From: Bacteroidaceae bacterium
Lineage (GTDB): Bacteria; Bacteroidota; Bacteroidia; Bacteroidales; Bacteroidaceae
Direction: 5' to 3'
Length of the DNA stretch: 64,000 bases
Assembly (NCBI GenBank): GCA_963639545.1
Contig: CAVHUZ010000001.1
Location: 9,646 to 73,645, forward strand
The position numbers were made by a program, and so were the translations under genes. Below the pieces are notes generated by a model, which had not been told where the DNA came from, searched no databases, and saw nothing but the letters and a program-made list of their open reading frames with translations. Shown in pieces: positions 50,441-60,452 of this stretch. The first letter of the stretch is position 1; every line of letters begins with the position of its first letter.

Positions 50441-51244
50441 ATGAAAAAACTTGTTCTTCTTGCTATGCTCTTCGGGATGATGAGCAGTGGCGTGAGTGCA
50501 CAGAGTGAGAACCAATTCAGTCGTGGCGTGTTCAATCATGCGTCCATGAACGTTGGCTTCGGTACTGAAGGAGTCAGCGTTGGACTTGCCGCTCCTGTGA
50601 CCAACTATCTCGATGTGGAGCTCGGTGCCGACTTTATGCCTGCCTTCAAGATTAAAGGCGACCTGGATGTGAAGGTCAGCAATCCTATCACCGTAGAGGG
50701 ACAGTCTATCACGTTGCCCAATACGACGGTGAGAGTAGAGGGCAACTTTAATCGCGTACAGTATCACTTCAAAGCCAACGTCTATCCCTTCGGCGGGAAC
50801 AGTAGCTTCTTTGTAGCTGCGGGATTCTACTTTGGCGGTAACAAGATAGCTAAGATCAAGGGTCATAGTGACGATCTGAAGGGCTATTTGGAGCAGTATC
50901 CACAACAGAAGGAGCTGATCTTAGATGCCATCAGTGCCCAACTGGGCGACTATCAGGTTCGTTTTGATGACGAAGCCAATATCAGCGGCGATGTGCGATG
51001 CAACGGATTCCGTCCTTACCTAGGCTTGGGCTTCGGTAGACAGATACCTAAGAGCTGCCTCGGATTCCGCGTTGAGGCTGGTTGCCAGTTTATGGGACAC
51101 CTCAAAGTGTATCAAGATGATCAGCAGATCGACCTCACCAAGGCGCTCCAAGAGAATGGCGCAGATGATGATTTGTCCAAGTTTGTTGACAACTGGACGG
51201 TGTATCCTGTGCTGAAATTATCCATAGTGGGTCGTTTCCTATAA
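50441..51244 (+). CDS. Hypothetical outer-membrane beta-barrel protein
   Basis: Signal peptide; GTEGVSV, RPYLGLGFGR, C-terminal VYPVLKLSIVGRFL. Confidence 0.7.
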   Translation: MKKLVLLAMLFGMMSSGVSAQSENQFSRGVFNHASMNVGFGTEGVSVGLAAPVTNYLDVELGADFMPAFKIKGDLDVKVSNPITVEGQSITLPNTTVRVEGNFNRVQYHFKANVYPFGGNSSFFVAAGFYFGGNKIAKIKGHSDDLKGYLEQYPQQKELILDAISAQLGDYQVRFDDEANISGDVRCNGFRPYLGLGFGRQIPKSCLGFRVEAGCQFMGHLKVYQDDQQIDLTKALQENGADDDLSKFVDNWTVYPVLKLSIVGRFL

Positions 51245-51326
51245 TCTTTCACGCATGCTCTGATACGCTTCGACGTGTCAAGACGTGCCTTCCGTATGTG
51301 CAAATCGTGTAGGATGGCACATAAAA

Positions 51327-51368
51327 AAGTCCGCCAAAAGACCTTCGTTGAGATCCTTTGGCGGACTT
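51327..51368. terminator. Terminator between convergent genes
   Basis: AAGTCCGCCAAA / TTTGGCGGACTT with an upstream A tract. Confidence 0.75.
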
Positions 51369-51406
51369 ATTCTTTCCCTTATGACTAGCGTCATAGGACA
51401 TCGGGC

Positions 51407-53023
51407 TTACTTATCTTTCCACATCTGCTTGCAGTATTTCCAACCATAATGGTCATAAATCTTTGCCATGTGGGTCTCACGAACCTTAAATTGACCGAAA
51501 TCCTTCTTGCTGAAGTCCATCCAGTCTACCTCCGAGAGGGCTGCCATACGCGGTAATACCTGGTATTCGGCTAGCTCATGACCGATGACATATTCGCTCC
51601 AGAGATTGGCTTGTGCACCCAAGATGTGCTTCTTCATGGCTTCGCTAGCGTCAGCAGGCACGGGATCGTAGCTGTAAAGCTTCTCCACGGGGATGTAACC
51701 ATTGAAGAGCATGATGTCGCGGGGCATCTCTGGGGTCTGATAATAGTCGAAGTAACAATAGTCGACGGGCGTCATGATAGCGTCAAGGCCTTGCTCTGCA
51801 GCAGCCTTACCGCCTGCCAAGCCACGCCAGCTCATCACTGTGGTACCGGGTTCGATATCACCTTCGAGGATCTCATCCCATCCGATGACCTTGCGTCCCT
51901 TTGCTGCGAGATGCTTGGTGACCTGTGACATGAAGTAGTTTTGCAGTTGCGCCTCTACAGGGAAGTTGCCCTTGGGTTGCAAACCGAGGTCTTTGATCTT
52001 CTTTTGGCACAATGGACAACTCTTCCAGCGCTTGCGTGGCGCTTCGTCACCGCCGATATGGATGTACTGGCTTGGGAAGATGTCGAGCACTTCGTCCAGT
52101 ACGTTATTGACAAACGTGTACGTATTCTCCTTACCAGCGCAGAGAATGTCGTCGAAGACACCCCATTCGGTAGCCACTTCGTAGGGACCTCCGGTACAAC
52201 CAAGTTCGGGATAAGCCTTCAATGCGCCTAGCATGTGACCGGGAAGGTCAATTTCTGGGATGACGGTGATGTTGCGTTCGGCTGCATATTTCACCAAGTC
52301 GCGCAGCTGATCCTGGGTGTAATAACCACCATAAGGAATGCCGTCGAAGATGCCGGCGTTGTGGCCGATCACTGTCTGTGGACGTTCTGAACCCAGCTGA
52401 GCCAGTTTGGGATACTTCTTGATTTCCACACGCCATCCCTGATCATCGGTTAGGTGCCAGTGGAAGGTGTTCATGTTGTGCAAAGCCATGATGTCAATGT
52501 ATCGCTTGACAAACTCGATGGGGAAGAAATGGCGTGCGCAGTCGAGGTGCATGCCACGATAGCCGAAACGAGGTTGGTCGTTGATCTTCACAGCGGGGAA
52601 GGTGATGCTCTCCTCTTGGGTGAAAGACAATGACTTGCGGAGCGTCTGAATGCCGTAGAAGATGCCTTTGCTGGTCTTTGCTTCGAGGACGATGCTCTTC
52701 TCGCTCACGGTGAGCTGGTAAGCTTCCTCGCCGCTAAGCTTCTGGTTGAGCTTAAGGATGATGACGTTCTTCTTGGCTTTTCCGGTGGTGAGCTGGATGC
52801 CAGAAGCTTCCTTTACATAGTCGATGAGAAACTGTCCGTCGCGTTGCAAGGTGGCGTCGTCGCTCTGAACATCTACCACGGTAGAGGCATTGAGGGTGAA
52901 ACCTGCACCTTTCTGTGCTTGGATGGTCTGTGGCAAGGGAACCACCAAACTGAAATCGGCATTTCCTGCGTGCATAGTCAGTGCTGACAGAGCCACAGCG
53001 ATGCTCATGATGAGTTTTTTCAT
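51407..53023 (-). CDS. GH20 beta-N-acetylhexosaminidase
   Basis: RGMHLDCARHF, HWHLTDDQGWR, PEIDLPGH, catalytic HIGGDE, LWSEY. Confidence 0.96.
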   Translation of the reverse strand: MKKLIMSIAVALSALTMHAGNADFSLVVPLPQTIQAQKGAGFTLNASTVVDVQSDDATLQRDGQFLIDYVKEASGIQLTTGKAKKNVIILKLNQKLSGEEAYQLTVSEKSIVLEAKTSKGIFYGIQTLRKSLSFTQEESITFPAVKINDQPRFGYRGMHLDCARHFFPIEFVKRYIDIMALHNMNTFHWHLTDDQGWRVEIKKYPKLAQLGSERPQTVIGHNAGIFDGIPYGGYYTQDQLRDLVKYAAERNITVIPEIDLPGHMLGALKAYPELGCTGGPYEVATEWGVFDDILCAGKENTYTFVNNVLDEVLDIFPSQYIHIGGDEAPRKRWKSCPLCQKKIKDLGLQPKGNFPVEAQLQNYFMSQVTKHLAAKGRKVIGWDEILEGDIEPGTTVMSWRGLAGGKAAAEQGLDAIMTPVDYCYFDYYQTPEMPRDIMLFNGYIPVEKLYSYDPVPADASEAMKKHILGAQANLWSEYVIGHELAEYQVLPRMAALSEVDWMDFSKKDFGQFKVRETHMAKIYDHYGWKYCKQMWKDK

Positions 53024-53101
53024 TGATACGATTGTTTAGTGAATAAGGGAAGGTAGCTCGTTGTGGGCATGCCTTCCCTTATGCTTTGTGAATATAAAGG
53101 T

Positions 53102-54100
53102 TTAGATAATGCTTGTGCGTTTGGTCCATTCCACTATCTCGGGAATGTATCCGAAGGCCAATCCAGTTACCGTATCGGCACATCCGTAATAGATTGCTAC
53201 GCGGCCAGTGTCGGGGTCATGGAGCTCAGCACAGGGGAAACAAACGTTGGGAACGTCGCCCATGCACTCGTAAGGCTTCTGTGGCGAGATGAGGTAAGGA
53301 CCGCTACGATAGATTGGTTTCCATGGTTGCTCTAGGTCGAGGAGCGCTGAACCGAAGCTATAAACATAGCCGTTGCAGCTGTGAAGCACACCGTGGTAGA
53401 ACAGCAACCAACCCTCGCTGGTCTCGATAGGGATGGGGCCAGCACCTATCTTCATACATTGCCAAGCGCTATCTTCGAATGCAGCCGGACTCATCACGTG
53501 TCTATGACGACCCCAATATACCAAGTCGGGACTCTCGCTGAGGAAGATATCGCCAAAGGCGGTGTGTCCAGTGTCTGACGGACGAGACAACATGGCAAAG
53601 TTGCCGTTGATCTTCTTAGGGAAGAGTACGCCGTTACGGTTGTATGGAAGGAACGCGTTCTCAAGCTGATGGAAGGTCTTAAAGTCCTTGGTCCAGGCTA
53701 CGCCGATCGTGGGACCATAGTAACCGTTACACCATGTGACGTAGTAGCGATCCTCGATGAAGGTCACACGGGGATCGTAGCCGTACACCCACTTGCCAAT
53801 CTCTTCGTTGTCACACTCAAAGCGCAGTGGTTCTTCGTTGATGTCCCAGTGGATGGCGTCCTTAGAGAAGCCTACGTGGAGCACCATACGGCGGTTGGTG
53901 TCATCGCAACGGAACACGCCTGCGAAGCCATCCTTGAACGGAACCACTGCCGAATTGAATATACTGTTGCTCGTTGGGAGCAAGTCGCGAGGGATGATAG
54001 GGTTTTGCGAGTAACGCCACATGACGTTTTTGCAATCAGCGGGACGCTCTTCCCAAGGCATGTTGGGGAGTGACTGACCCTGAATGATGAGTTTGCTCAT
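53102..54100 (-). CDS. GH130 beta-1,4-mannoside phosphorylase (UhgbMP/BT1033-like)
   Basis: [39 protein letters not shown]; no signal peptide. Confidence 0.93.
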   Translation of the reverse strand: MSKLIIQGQSLPNMPWEERPADCKNVMWRYSQNPIIPRDLLPTSNSIFNSAVVPFKDGFAGVFRCDDTNRRMVLHVGFSKDAIHWDINEEPLRFECDNEEIGKWVYGYDPRVTFIEDRYYVTWCNGYYGPTIGVAWTKDFKTFHQLENAFLPYNRNGVLFPKKINGNFAMLSRPSDTGHTAFGDIFLSESPDLVYWGRHRHVMSPAAFEDSAWQCMKIGAGPIPIETSEGWLLFYHGVLHSCNGYVYSFGSALLDLEQPWKPIYRSGPYLISPQKPYECMGDVPNVCFPCAELHDPDTGRVAIYYGCADTVTGLAFGYIPEIVEWTKRTSII

Positions 54101-54215
54101 AATCGAAATATCTGTTTCTTATTTATGAATATGCTTATATGGATGCTCCTCCCGGTGTCGGGAGGAGACCATCTTATGCGGTAAGGATTGACTTTTCGTG
54201 CCGCTAGGCTGACGC

Positions 54216-56378
54216 TTATGGGCGATCCTTGGTTGCAGTACCAAACTTGCTGGGCTCTGAACCCATCGTAAATTCAAGCGTACCGCCTTTCATCAGGTCG
54301 GCATACATGATGTACGACTTGGTGTAAGGTTTGCCGTTGAGCGTCACACTCTGCACATAGACATTGTTCTTGCTGTTGTTATGTGCCTTGATGGTGAAGC
54401 TCTTGCCTTCAGGAAGGTTGATTTTAGCCTCGTCCCAAAGCGGAGAACCGAAGATCAGTTTGCCACCGGCAGGCTCCACTTGGTAAAGACCCATAGACGA
54501 AATCACGTACCAAGCTGACATCTGACCAACGTCCTCGTTACCGCTCAAGCCATCTTTGGCATTGCGATATTGCTCGTCAAACACTCTGCGGATGAGCTTC
54601 TGGCCCTTCCATGGCTGACCTACGTAGTTGTACATATATAAGATATGGTGGCTAGGTTCGTTGCCGTGAGCATACTGACCGATCAGTCCGGAGATGTCAG
54701 GTGAGGCCTCTTCGCCCATGTCGCCTTCTACGATGAAGAGCGAATCGAGCTTATTGACAAACTGCTTCTCGCCGCCAAAGCAGCTTACCAAGCCGTGAAC
54801 ATCGTGTGGTACGAGCCAAGTGTACTGCCAAGCGTTACCCTCTGTGTAGTCGTCCATGCGGTGAACGGCATGGAAGGGGTTGAATGGTGTGCGCCATTCG
54901 CCCTTCGAATTCTTACCACGCATGAACCCAACGCGCTTATCGAAGAGCTGTTTGTATGACTGACTGCGCTTCCAGAAGTAGTTGTAATCGGCTTTATTGC
55001 CCATTGATTTAGCCACCCAAGCAATAGAAGCGTCGGCCAAAGCGTACTCCAACGACTTAGCTACGGTCTCGTGAGTGGAATCCTCATCGAAGGCAATGTA
55101 GCCGTTCTTCTTAAGCGAATTCATTCCGCGCTCATCGAGCATAGCCGATGTTTTCATTGCTTCAAGGGCGCCCTTCTTGTCTGTTACGAATCCTTTGAGT
55201 ACCATGTCGGCAAGCACAGGGATGCCAGGATTGCCCACCATACAGTCGGTCTCGTTAGCCATGAGATGCCAAACGGGGAGCTTTCCTTGTTCCTTAAAGA
55301 TATGAACGAAGGTCTCGCCAAGGTCTTTCATCATCTCGGGGTGGATGATTGTCATCAGCGGATAGGCTGCACGATAAGTGTCCCACAGTGAGAAGGTGGT
55401 GTAATTGGTGAAGTTTCCGTCGTGAACCTTGAGGTCTGCGCCACGATATTGGCCGTTGACATCACTGAAAACCGATGGTGCGGTCATGGTGTGGTACATC
55501 GCTGTGTAGAACACCGTGCGTGCATCGGCATCGCTGGTCTTTATCTCTACCTTGCCAAGCTGTTCGTTCCAGGCCTTGTCAGCGGCTGCCACAACGCCAT
55601 TGAAGTCCCATCCGGGAATCTCAGCTTGTAGGTTGAGTTTGGCGTTATCTTCGCTTACGGCTGACAGTCCGGTCTTGATCAGCAACGGAGTGCCGTCGTT
55701 CTCATAGCTGAAGATGGCGATAGTATCTTTGCTTTCGACCAATGTCACGGGTTTATTAAACTCGGTATAGAAGTAATCATACTGATGCTTAGCCCATCCT
55801 TTCGACTCTCTGAAACCTGCGATAGCCTTCTGTCCCACCTGATGGAAGCCAGCCTTGAAGACATGATCCCATCCGATGCCCTGTCTGAGGTCCAAGCGGA
55901 AGAGGCAAGTCTTGGCATCTGCGCCTGCGGTGTAGCGTTGGAAGCCAGCGCGCTGAGTAGCGGTGAGCTCCACGAAAACGTTAGGCTGCTTGAGCTTCAC
56001 GCTATAATAGCCTGGAACAACGTATTCGCTAGCGTGCGAAAACTTCACTTCTTTCTGATTCTTGCACCCCACTGGGAGGAAAGCTACGTCACCTAAGTCG
56101 CCAATACCGGTACCGCTGAGGTGCTGATGACCAAATCCGATGAGGATAGAGTCGCTGTCGTGATATCCCGAACACCAGTCCCAACCGCGTGTATTCTCCG
56201 TAGGGCCAAGCTGAATGTAGCCGAATGGTACGTTAGCACCCAAGAATACGTGTCCGTGACCGCCGGTTCCGATGGTCGGATTGACATACTTTGTGAGATT
56301 TTGCGCTTGTACTGACGATGTGCCTGCAGTCAAAAGGGCCAATGAAAGCATGCTAAGCGCAATAGTTTTAAGTTTCAT
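54216..56378 (-). CDS. GH92 alpha-mannosidase
   Basis: GTGGHGH, SLWDTYR, YTEGNAWQY, YAHGNEPSHH, GNEDVGQMSAW. Confidence 0.95.
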   Translation of the reverse strand: MKLKTIALSMLSLALLTAGTSSVQAQNLTKYVNPTIGTGGHGHVFLGANVPFGYIQLGPTENTRGWDWCSGYHDSDSILIGFGHQHLSGTGIGDLGDVAFLPVGCKNQKEVKFSHASEYVVPGYYSVKLKQPNVFVELTATQRAGFQRYTAGADAKTCLFRLDLRQGIGWDHVFKAGFHQVGQKAIAGFRESKGWAKHQYDYFYTEFNKPVTLVESKDTIAIFSYENDGTPLLIKTGLSAVSEDNAKLNLQAEIPGWDFNGVVAAADKAWNEQLGKVEIKTSDADARTVFYTAMYHTMTAPSVFSDVNGQYRGADLKVHDGNFTNYTTFSLWDTYRAAYPLMTIIHPEMMKDLGETFVHIFKEQGKLPVWHLMANETDCMVGNPGIPVLADMVLKGFVTDKKGALEAMKTSAMLDERGMNSLKKNGYIAFDEDSTHETVAKSLEYALADASIAWVAKSMGNKADYNYFWKRSQSYKQLFDKRVGFMRGKNSKGEWRTPFNPFHAVHRMDDYTEGNAWQYTWLVPHDVHGLVSCFGGEKQFVNKLDSLFIVEGDMGEEASPDISGLIGQYAHGNEPSHHILYMYNYVGQPWKGQKLIRRVFDEQYRNAKDGLSGNEDVGQMSAWYVISSMGLYQVEPAGGKLIFGSPLWDEAKINLPEGKSFTIKAHNNSKNNVYVQSVTLNGKPYTKSYIMYADLMKGGTLEFTMGSEPSKFGTATKDRP

Positions 56379-56518
56379 ATTTGATTAAGATAATAGTTGA
56401 TTACAGATGCAAATTTACGAAATAATTGGCAAAAATAGTATCAATTCAAGCTAAATATTTGGTAGGTGAGGGGATTTTATGTAATTTTATGCCTTGAAAC
56501 TATTAGCTAAACAAAATA

Positions 56519-58774
56519 ATGAATAAGACGAAATTGCTAGGCACAGTGTTGCTCGGGATGATTGCGATGGGCGCTACTGCTCAGAAGCTGACGCGGTATG
56601 TGGATCCATTTATCGGTACAACCAACTTCTCCGTGTGCAATCCTGGTGCCGTGATGCCTCATGGTCTGATGTCCGTGGTACCATTCAATGTGATGGGGTC
56701 AGACCTGAACGAGTATGATAAGGATGCCCGCTGGTGGTCAGCGCCTTACGAATACAATAACAAATTCCTCACCGGATTTGCCCATGTGACCCTTAGCGGC
56801 GTGGGATGTCCCGAGATGGGCACGCTGCTAACGATGCCTACGACCGGCCAACTGGACGTGGACTACCATCACTATGGTTCAGAATATAAGAACGAGAAAG
56901 CACATCCAGGATATTACTCGGTGGATCTGAACAAGTATGGCGTGCATTGCGAGGTGACCTCTACGCTGCGTTCGTCATGCGAGCGCTTCACCTTCCCAGC
57001 TGGAGAGGCACACATCTTGCTCAACATCGGTGACGGACTGACCAATGAGACTGGCGGTATGGTGCGCCGCGTGAGCAGTACCGAGATTGAAGGAATGCGC
57101 CAGCTAGGAACGTTCTGCTACAATTCGGGTGCCGTGTTCCCCATCTATTTTGTGATGAAAGTGAACAAAACTCCTAAATCCACAGGCTGTTGGAAGCAAC
57201 AACCCAACCGCTCCGGCGTCAAGGGCGAATGGGATGCAGACAACGGTAAGCGCAAACTCTACCCCAATTATGCCAAAGAAATCGCGGGCGACGAGATTGG
57301 ATATTACTTTGACTTCGACTGTAACGCAGGCGAACAGATTGAAGTGAGCATGGGTGTATCCTTTGTCTCGATAGCCAATGCGCGTGAGAATCTAGAGAAG
57401 GAACAAGCCGGCAAATCCTTTGATGCCATCGCCCAAGAAGCCGAATCCACTTGGGAGCAGACCCTGAACCGCATCGAGGTAGAAGGCGGCACGGAGAGTC
57501 AGCGTCGCGTCTTCTACACTGCGCTCTATCATTCGCAGATCCATCCCAACATTCTCCAGGACGTTAATGGCGACTATCCAGCCATGGAGAGAGGCGATGT
57601 GCTCAACACCAAGGGCAACAGATACACCGTCTTCTCACTCTGGGATACCTATCGCAACGTGCATCAGCTAGAGACCTTAATCTATCCCGACCGTCAAATG
57701 GATATGGTTCGTAGCATGATAGATATGTATAAGGAGTGGGGCTGGATGCCAAAATGGGAACTCTTCGGGCGCGAAACGTGGACTATGGAAGGCGATCCAG
57801 CCATTCCGGTCATCACTGACACCTATCTTAAAGGCTTCCACGACTTTGATATCAACACAGCATACGACGCTTTCTATAAGAGCGCGACCCTTCCAAGCAA
57901 GGATAACAAGATGCGACCGGACAACGATCCGTATATAGAGAAAGGGTATATACCTCTTTATTATTTCGCAGCCGACAATTCGGGTGACAACTCCGTTTCG
58001 CACGCCCTCGAATACTACGTCGCTGACAATGCCCTTTCGCTGCTTGCACAGGCGCTGGGCAAGCCCGCTGATGCCAAACTCTTCCGTCAACGCAGTTTGG
58101 GATACAAGCACTACTACTGCAAAGAGACTGGTACGCTGCGTCCTATCGAGAAAGATGGCTCTTTCATCACGCCGTTCAATCCTAAGGACGGAGCCGACTT
58201 CTCCAATGCGCCCGGCTTCCACGAAGGTTCGGCATGGAACTATACCTTCTACGCCCCCCACGATGTGGCTGGTATGATGAAGATGATGGGAGGCAGCAAA
58301 GCCTTCACGCAGAAGCTACAAGGCGTCTTTGATCAAGGTCTCTATGACCCCGCCAATGAGCCAGACATCTCCTATCCTTTCCTCTTCTCATACGTTAAGG
58401 GTGAAGAATGGCGTACACAGAAGGAGATTAGCAAGATTATCGCCAAGTATTACACCGACAAACCAGATGGCATACCGGGTAATGACGATACCGGAACCAT
58501 GTCAGCTTGGGTGCTCTTCTCGATGATGGGCTTCTATCCCGACTGCCCAGGTAGTCCTTACTACACCCTTACCACACCCGTCTTTGACAAGGTGACGCTG
58601 CATCTCGACCCCAAATATTACCCCAACGGTGACATTACGATCAGCGCTCCCCATGCCTCTTCATCTCAGATCTATATCAAGAACATGACCCTTGGTGGCA
58701 AATCGCTAGGCAGCTACCGCATCTCCCATGACCAACTAGTTAAGGGGCGTCAACTTGTCATGACACTGAAATGA
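56519..58774 (+). CDS. GH92 alpha-mannosidase
   Basis: YVDPFIGT, SLWDTYR, FHEGSAWNY, ANEPD, GNDDTGTMSAW. Confidence 0.95.
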   Translation: MNKTKLLGTVLLGMIAMGATAQKLTRYVDPFIGTTNFSVCNPGAVMPHGLMSVVPFNVMGSDLNEYDKDARWWSAPYEYNNKFLTGFAHVTLSGVGCPEMGTLLTMPTTGQLDVDYHHYGSEYKNEKAHPGYYSVDLNKYGVHCEVTSTLRSSCERFTFPAGEAHILLNIGDGLTNETGGMVRRVSSTEIEGMRQLGTFCYNSGAVFPIYFVMKVNKTPKSTGCWKQQPNRSGVKGEWDADNGKRKLYPNYAKEIAGDEIGYYFDFDCNAGEQIEVSMGVSFVSIANARENLEKEQAGKSFDAIAQEAESTWEQTLNRIEVEGGTESQRRVFYTALYHSQIHPNILQDVNGDYPAMERGDVLNTKGNRYTVFSLWDTYRNVHQLETLIYPDRQMDMVRSMIDMYKEWGWMPKWELFGRETWTMEGDPAIPVITDTYLKGFHDFDINTAYDAFYKSATLPSKDNKMRPDNDPYIEKGYIPLYYFAADNSGDNSVSHALEYYVADNALSLLAQALGKPADAKLFRQRSLGYKHYYCKETGTLRPIEKDGSFITPFNPKDGADFSNAPGFHEGSAWNYTFYAPHDVAGMMKMMGGSKAFTQKLQGVFDQGLYDPANEPDISYPFLFSYVKGEEWRTQKEISKIIAKYYTDKPDGIPGNDDTGTMSAWVLFSMMGFYPDCPGSPYYTLTTPVFDKVTLHLDPKYYPNGDITISAPHASSSQIYIKNMTLGGKSLGSYRISHDQLVKGRQLVMTLK

Positions 58775-58925
58775 TGAGAAAACGAAATAAATAAGGAGAA
58801 TATACAAAAAAAATTAAAAGTAAAACGATTTCATCATTAATCCGGTGGAATGTTATATATTTGCCGTTCACTGGCATGTTAGTTGTCAGAAGAATATCAG
58901 ATATTAACTAGAAAAAGATTAGAAT

Positions 58926-59648
58926 ATGGATTTTACTAACTATCAAGGTTATGTGGATGAGCGTGCGCGTGAGCTCGAGGCATCGCGCTCCATGCCTTTA
59001 CTGATGCGTAAGGTATTCACATGGATGGCTATGGCGCTTGTTATCACAGGCGTAGTGGCTTATGGCGTGGCTTCAAGCCCAGGTCTGATGCAAACCATTT
59101 TTACCGGCTATACGCCTTTGGTGCTTTTTGTTGTAGAGATTGGTTTGGTGCTGTTTCTCACCGCACGCCTTCATAAGATGTCGCTTCTCTCTGCCACCCT
59201 TTGCTTTATTGCATTCTCGGTGGTCAATGGCTTGGCCCTCAGTGCCATCTTCTTGGCATACACCTTCACATCTATCGCGCAGACCTTCTTTGTCTGTGCC
59301 GGTACGTTCGGTGCGATGGCGGTGCTAGGTTACACCACCAAGCGAGACCTGTCCAAGATGGGCAGCATCCTCTTCATGGCTCTTATCGGTCTGATCATAG
59401 CCGGACTGGTCAATATGTTCCTACGCAGTTCGATGTTCGAACTGATTATTAGTGGCGTCGGTGTGCTTATCTTCACCGGTATAACCGCTTGGGACGTCAA
59501 CACCATCAAGCGTGAACTGCTCCTTCAGCCCGACACTACGAGTGAGACGGTGCAGAAGATTGCCCTTATCGGTGCACTCAATCTCTATCTCGATTTCATC
59601 AATCTCTTCCTCTATCTATTGCGCTTCTTGGGCAACCGCAATGATTAA
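58926..59648 (+). CDS. Bax inhibitor-1/YccA family membrane protein
   Basis: 7 TM; TKRDLSKMG..MALIG, ALNLYLDFINLFL; TATATTTG at 58856-58863. Confidence 0.93.
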   Translation: MDFTNYQGYVDERARELEASRSMPLLMRKVFTWMAMALVITGVVAYGVASSPGLMQTIFTGYTPLVLFVVEIGLVLFLTARLHKMSLLSATLCFIAFSVVNGLALSAIFLAYTFTSIAQTFFVCAGTFGAMAVLGYTTKRDLSKMGSILFMALIGLIIAGLVNMFLRSSMFELIISGVGVLIFTGITAWDVNTIKRELLLQPDTTSETVQKIALIGALNLYLDFINLFLYLLRFLGNRND

Positions 59649-59770
59649 TCGCTTTGCATAAACATAGCCCCGAAAGGGTAGAGAAAGCATAAACAAATGA
59701 TCTCCCATGACGTATAATGACACGTTATGGGAGATTTTTTCTGTAAAATATTTGTCTTTTTCAAAACTAT

Positions 59771-59784
59771 TGCATATATTTGCA
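59771..59784 (+). promoter_or_regulatory. ARG-box-like operator overlapping the argR -7 box
   Basis: TGCAT-ATAT-TTGCA, one mismatch to TGnAT-w4-ATnCA; overlaps TATATTTG. Confidence 0.55.
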
Positions 59785-59807
59785 TGCTAACCCAATATAA
59801 ATCAACA

Positions 59808-60293
59808 ATGACAAAACCAAAGAATGAAAGATTAAGCGTACTGAAATTGCTTATCACCAATGGCGAATTTAGCAATCAAGCTAACCTCTTAGAGGCTCTT
59901 CTCGAAAAGGGATTTGAAGTCACACAAGCCACTTTAAGCCGTGATATGAAGCGACTTAAGGTAGCAAAGGCAGCCACAATGGGCGGCAAATATATCTATG
60001 TGCTACCTAACGAGACGATGTATAAGCGTCTATATAACAAGTCAGCAGAGACCACAGAACCCACGGGGGGTGATATTTATGCAAGTGTGTCAGCACAGAC
60101 CGTCGTCATCCGTACACGTCCAGGTTATGCCAGCGTGGTGGCGCTTGACATAGATGAGGCTCATCTGCCCTGTGTGATGGGTACGGTGGCTGGAGACAAT
60201 ACCCTCTTCGTGGCGATACGTGAAGGATACAGCATGCAGTATGTCATGGAAAGCCTATCCCAAATCGTTCAAGGACTGCGCGTGGTGCGTTAA
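59808..60293 (+). CDS. argR: Arginine repressor
   Basis: VTQATLSRD wHTH motif, RTRPGYAS, GTVAGDNT; start set at MTKPK. Confidence 0.92.
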   Translation: MTKPKNERLSVLKLLITNGEFSNQANLLEALLEKGFEVTQATLSRDMKRLKVAKAATMGGKYIYVLPNETMYKRLYNKSAETTEPTGGDIYASVSAQTVVIRTRPGYASVVALDIDEAHLPCVMGTVAGDNTLFVAIREGYSMQYVMESLSQIVQGLRVVR

Positions 60294-60452
60294 TCATTTT
60301 TTGGTATTTTATCGTCATTTGCCCTTAAACCTAATCCTATTTCGGGCAGAATAACTACCTTTGCACCTAGATCTATGATGTGCTTCTATATCAAGCACCA
60401 TGCAAGTGATGCTCTAGGGCATCATGAATAAAGAAAAACTGACAGCAAACAA

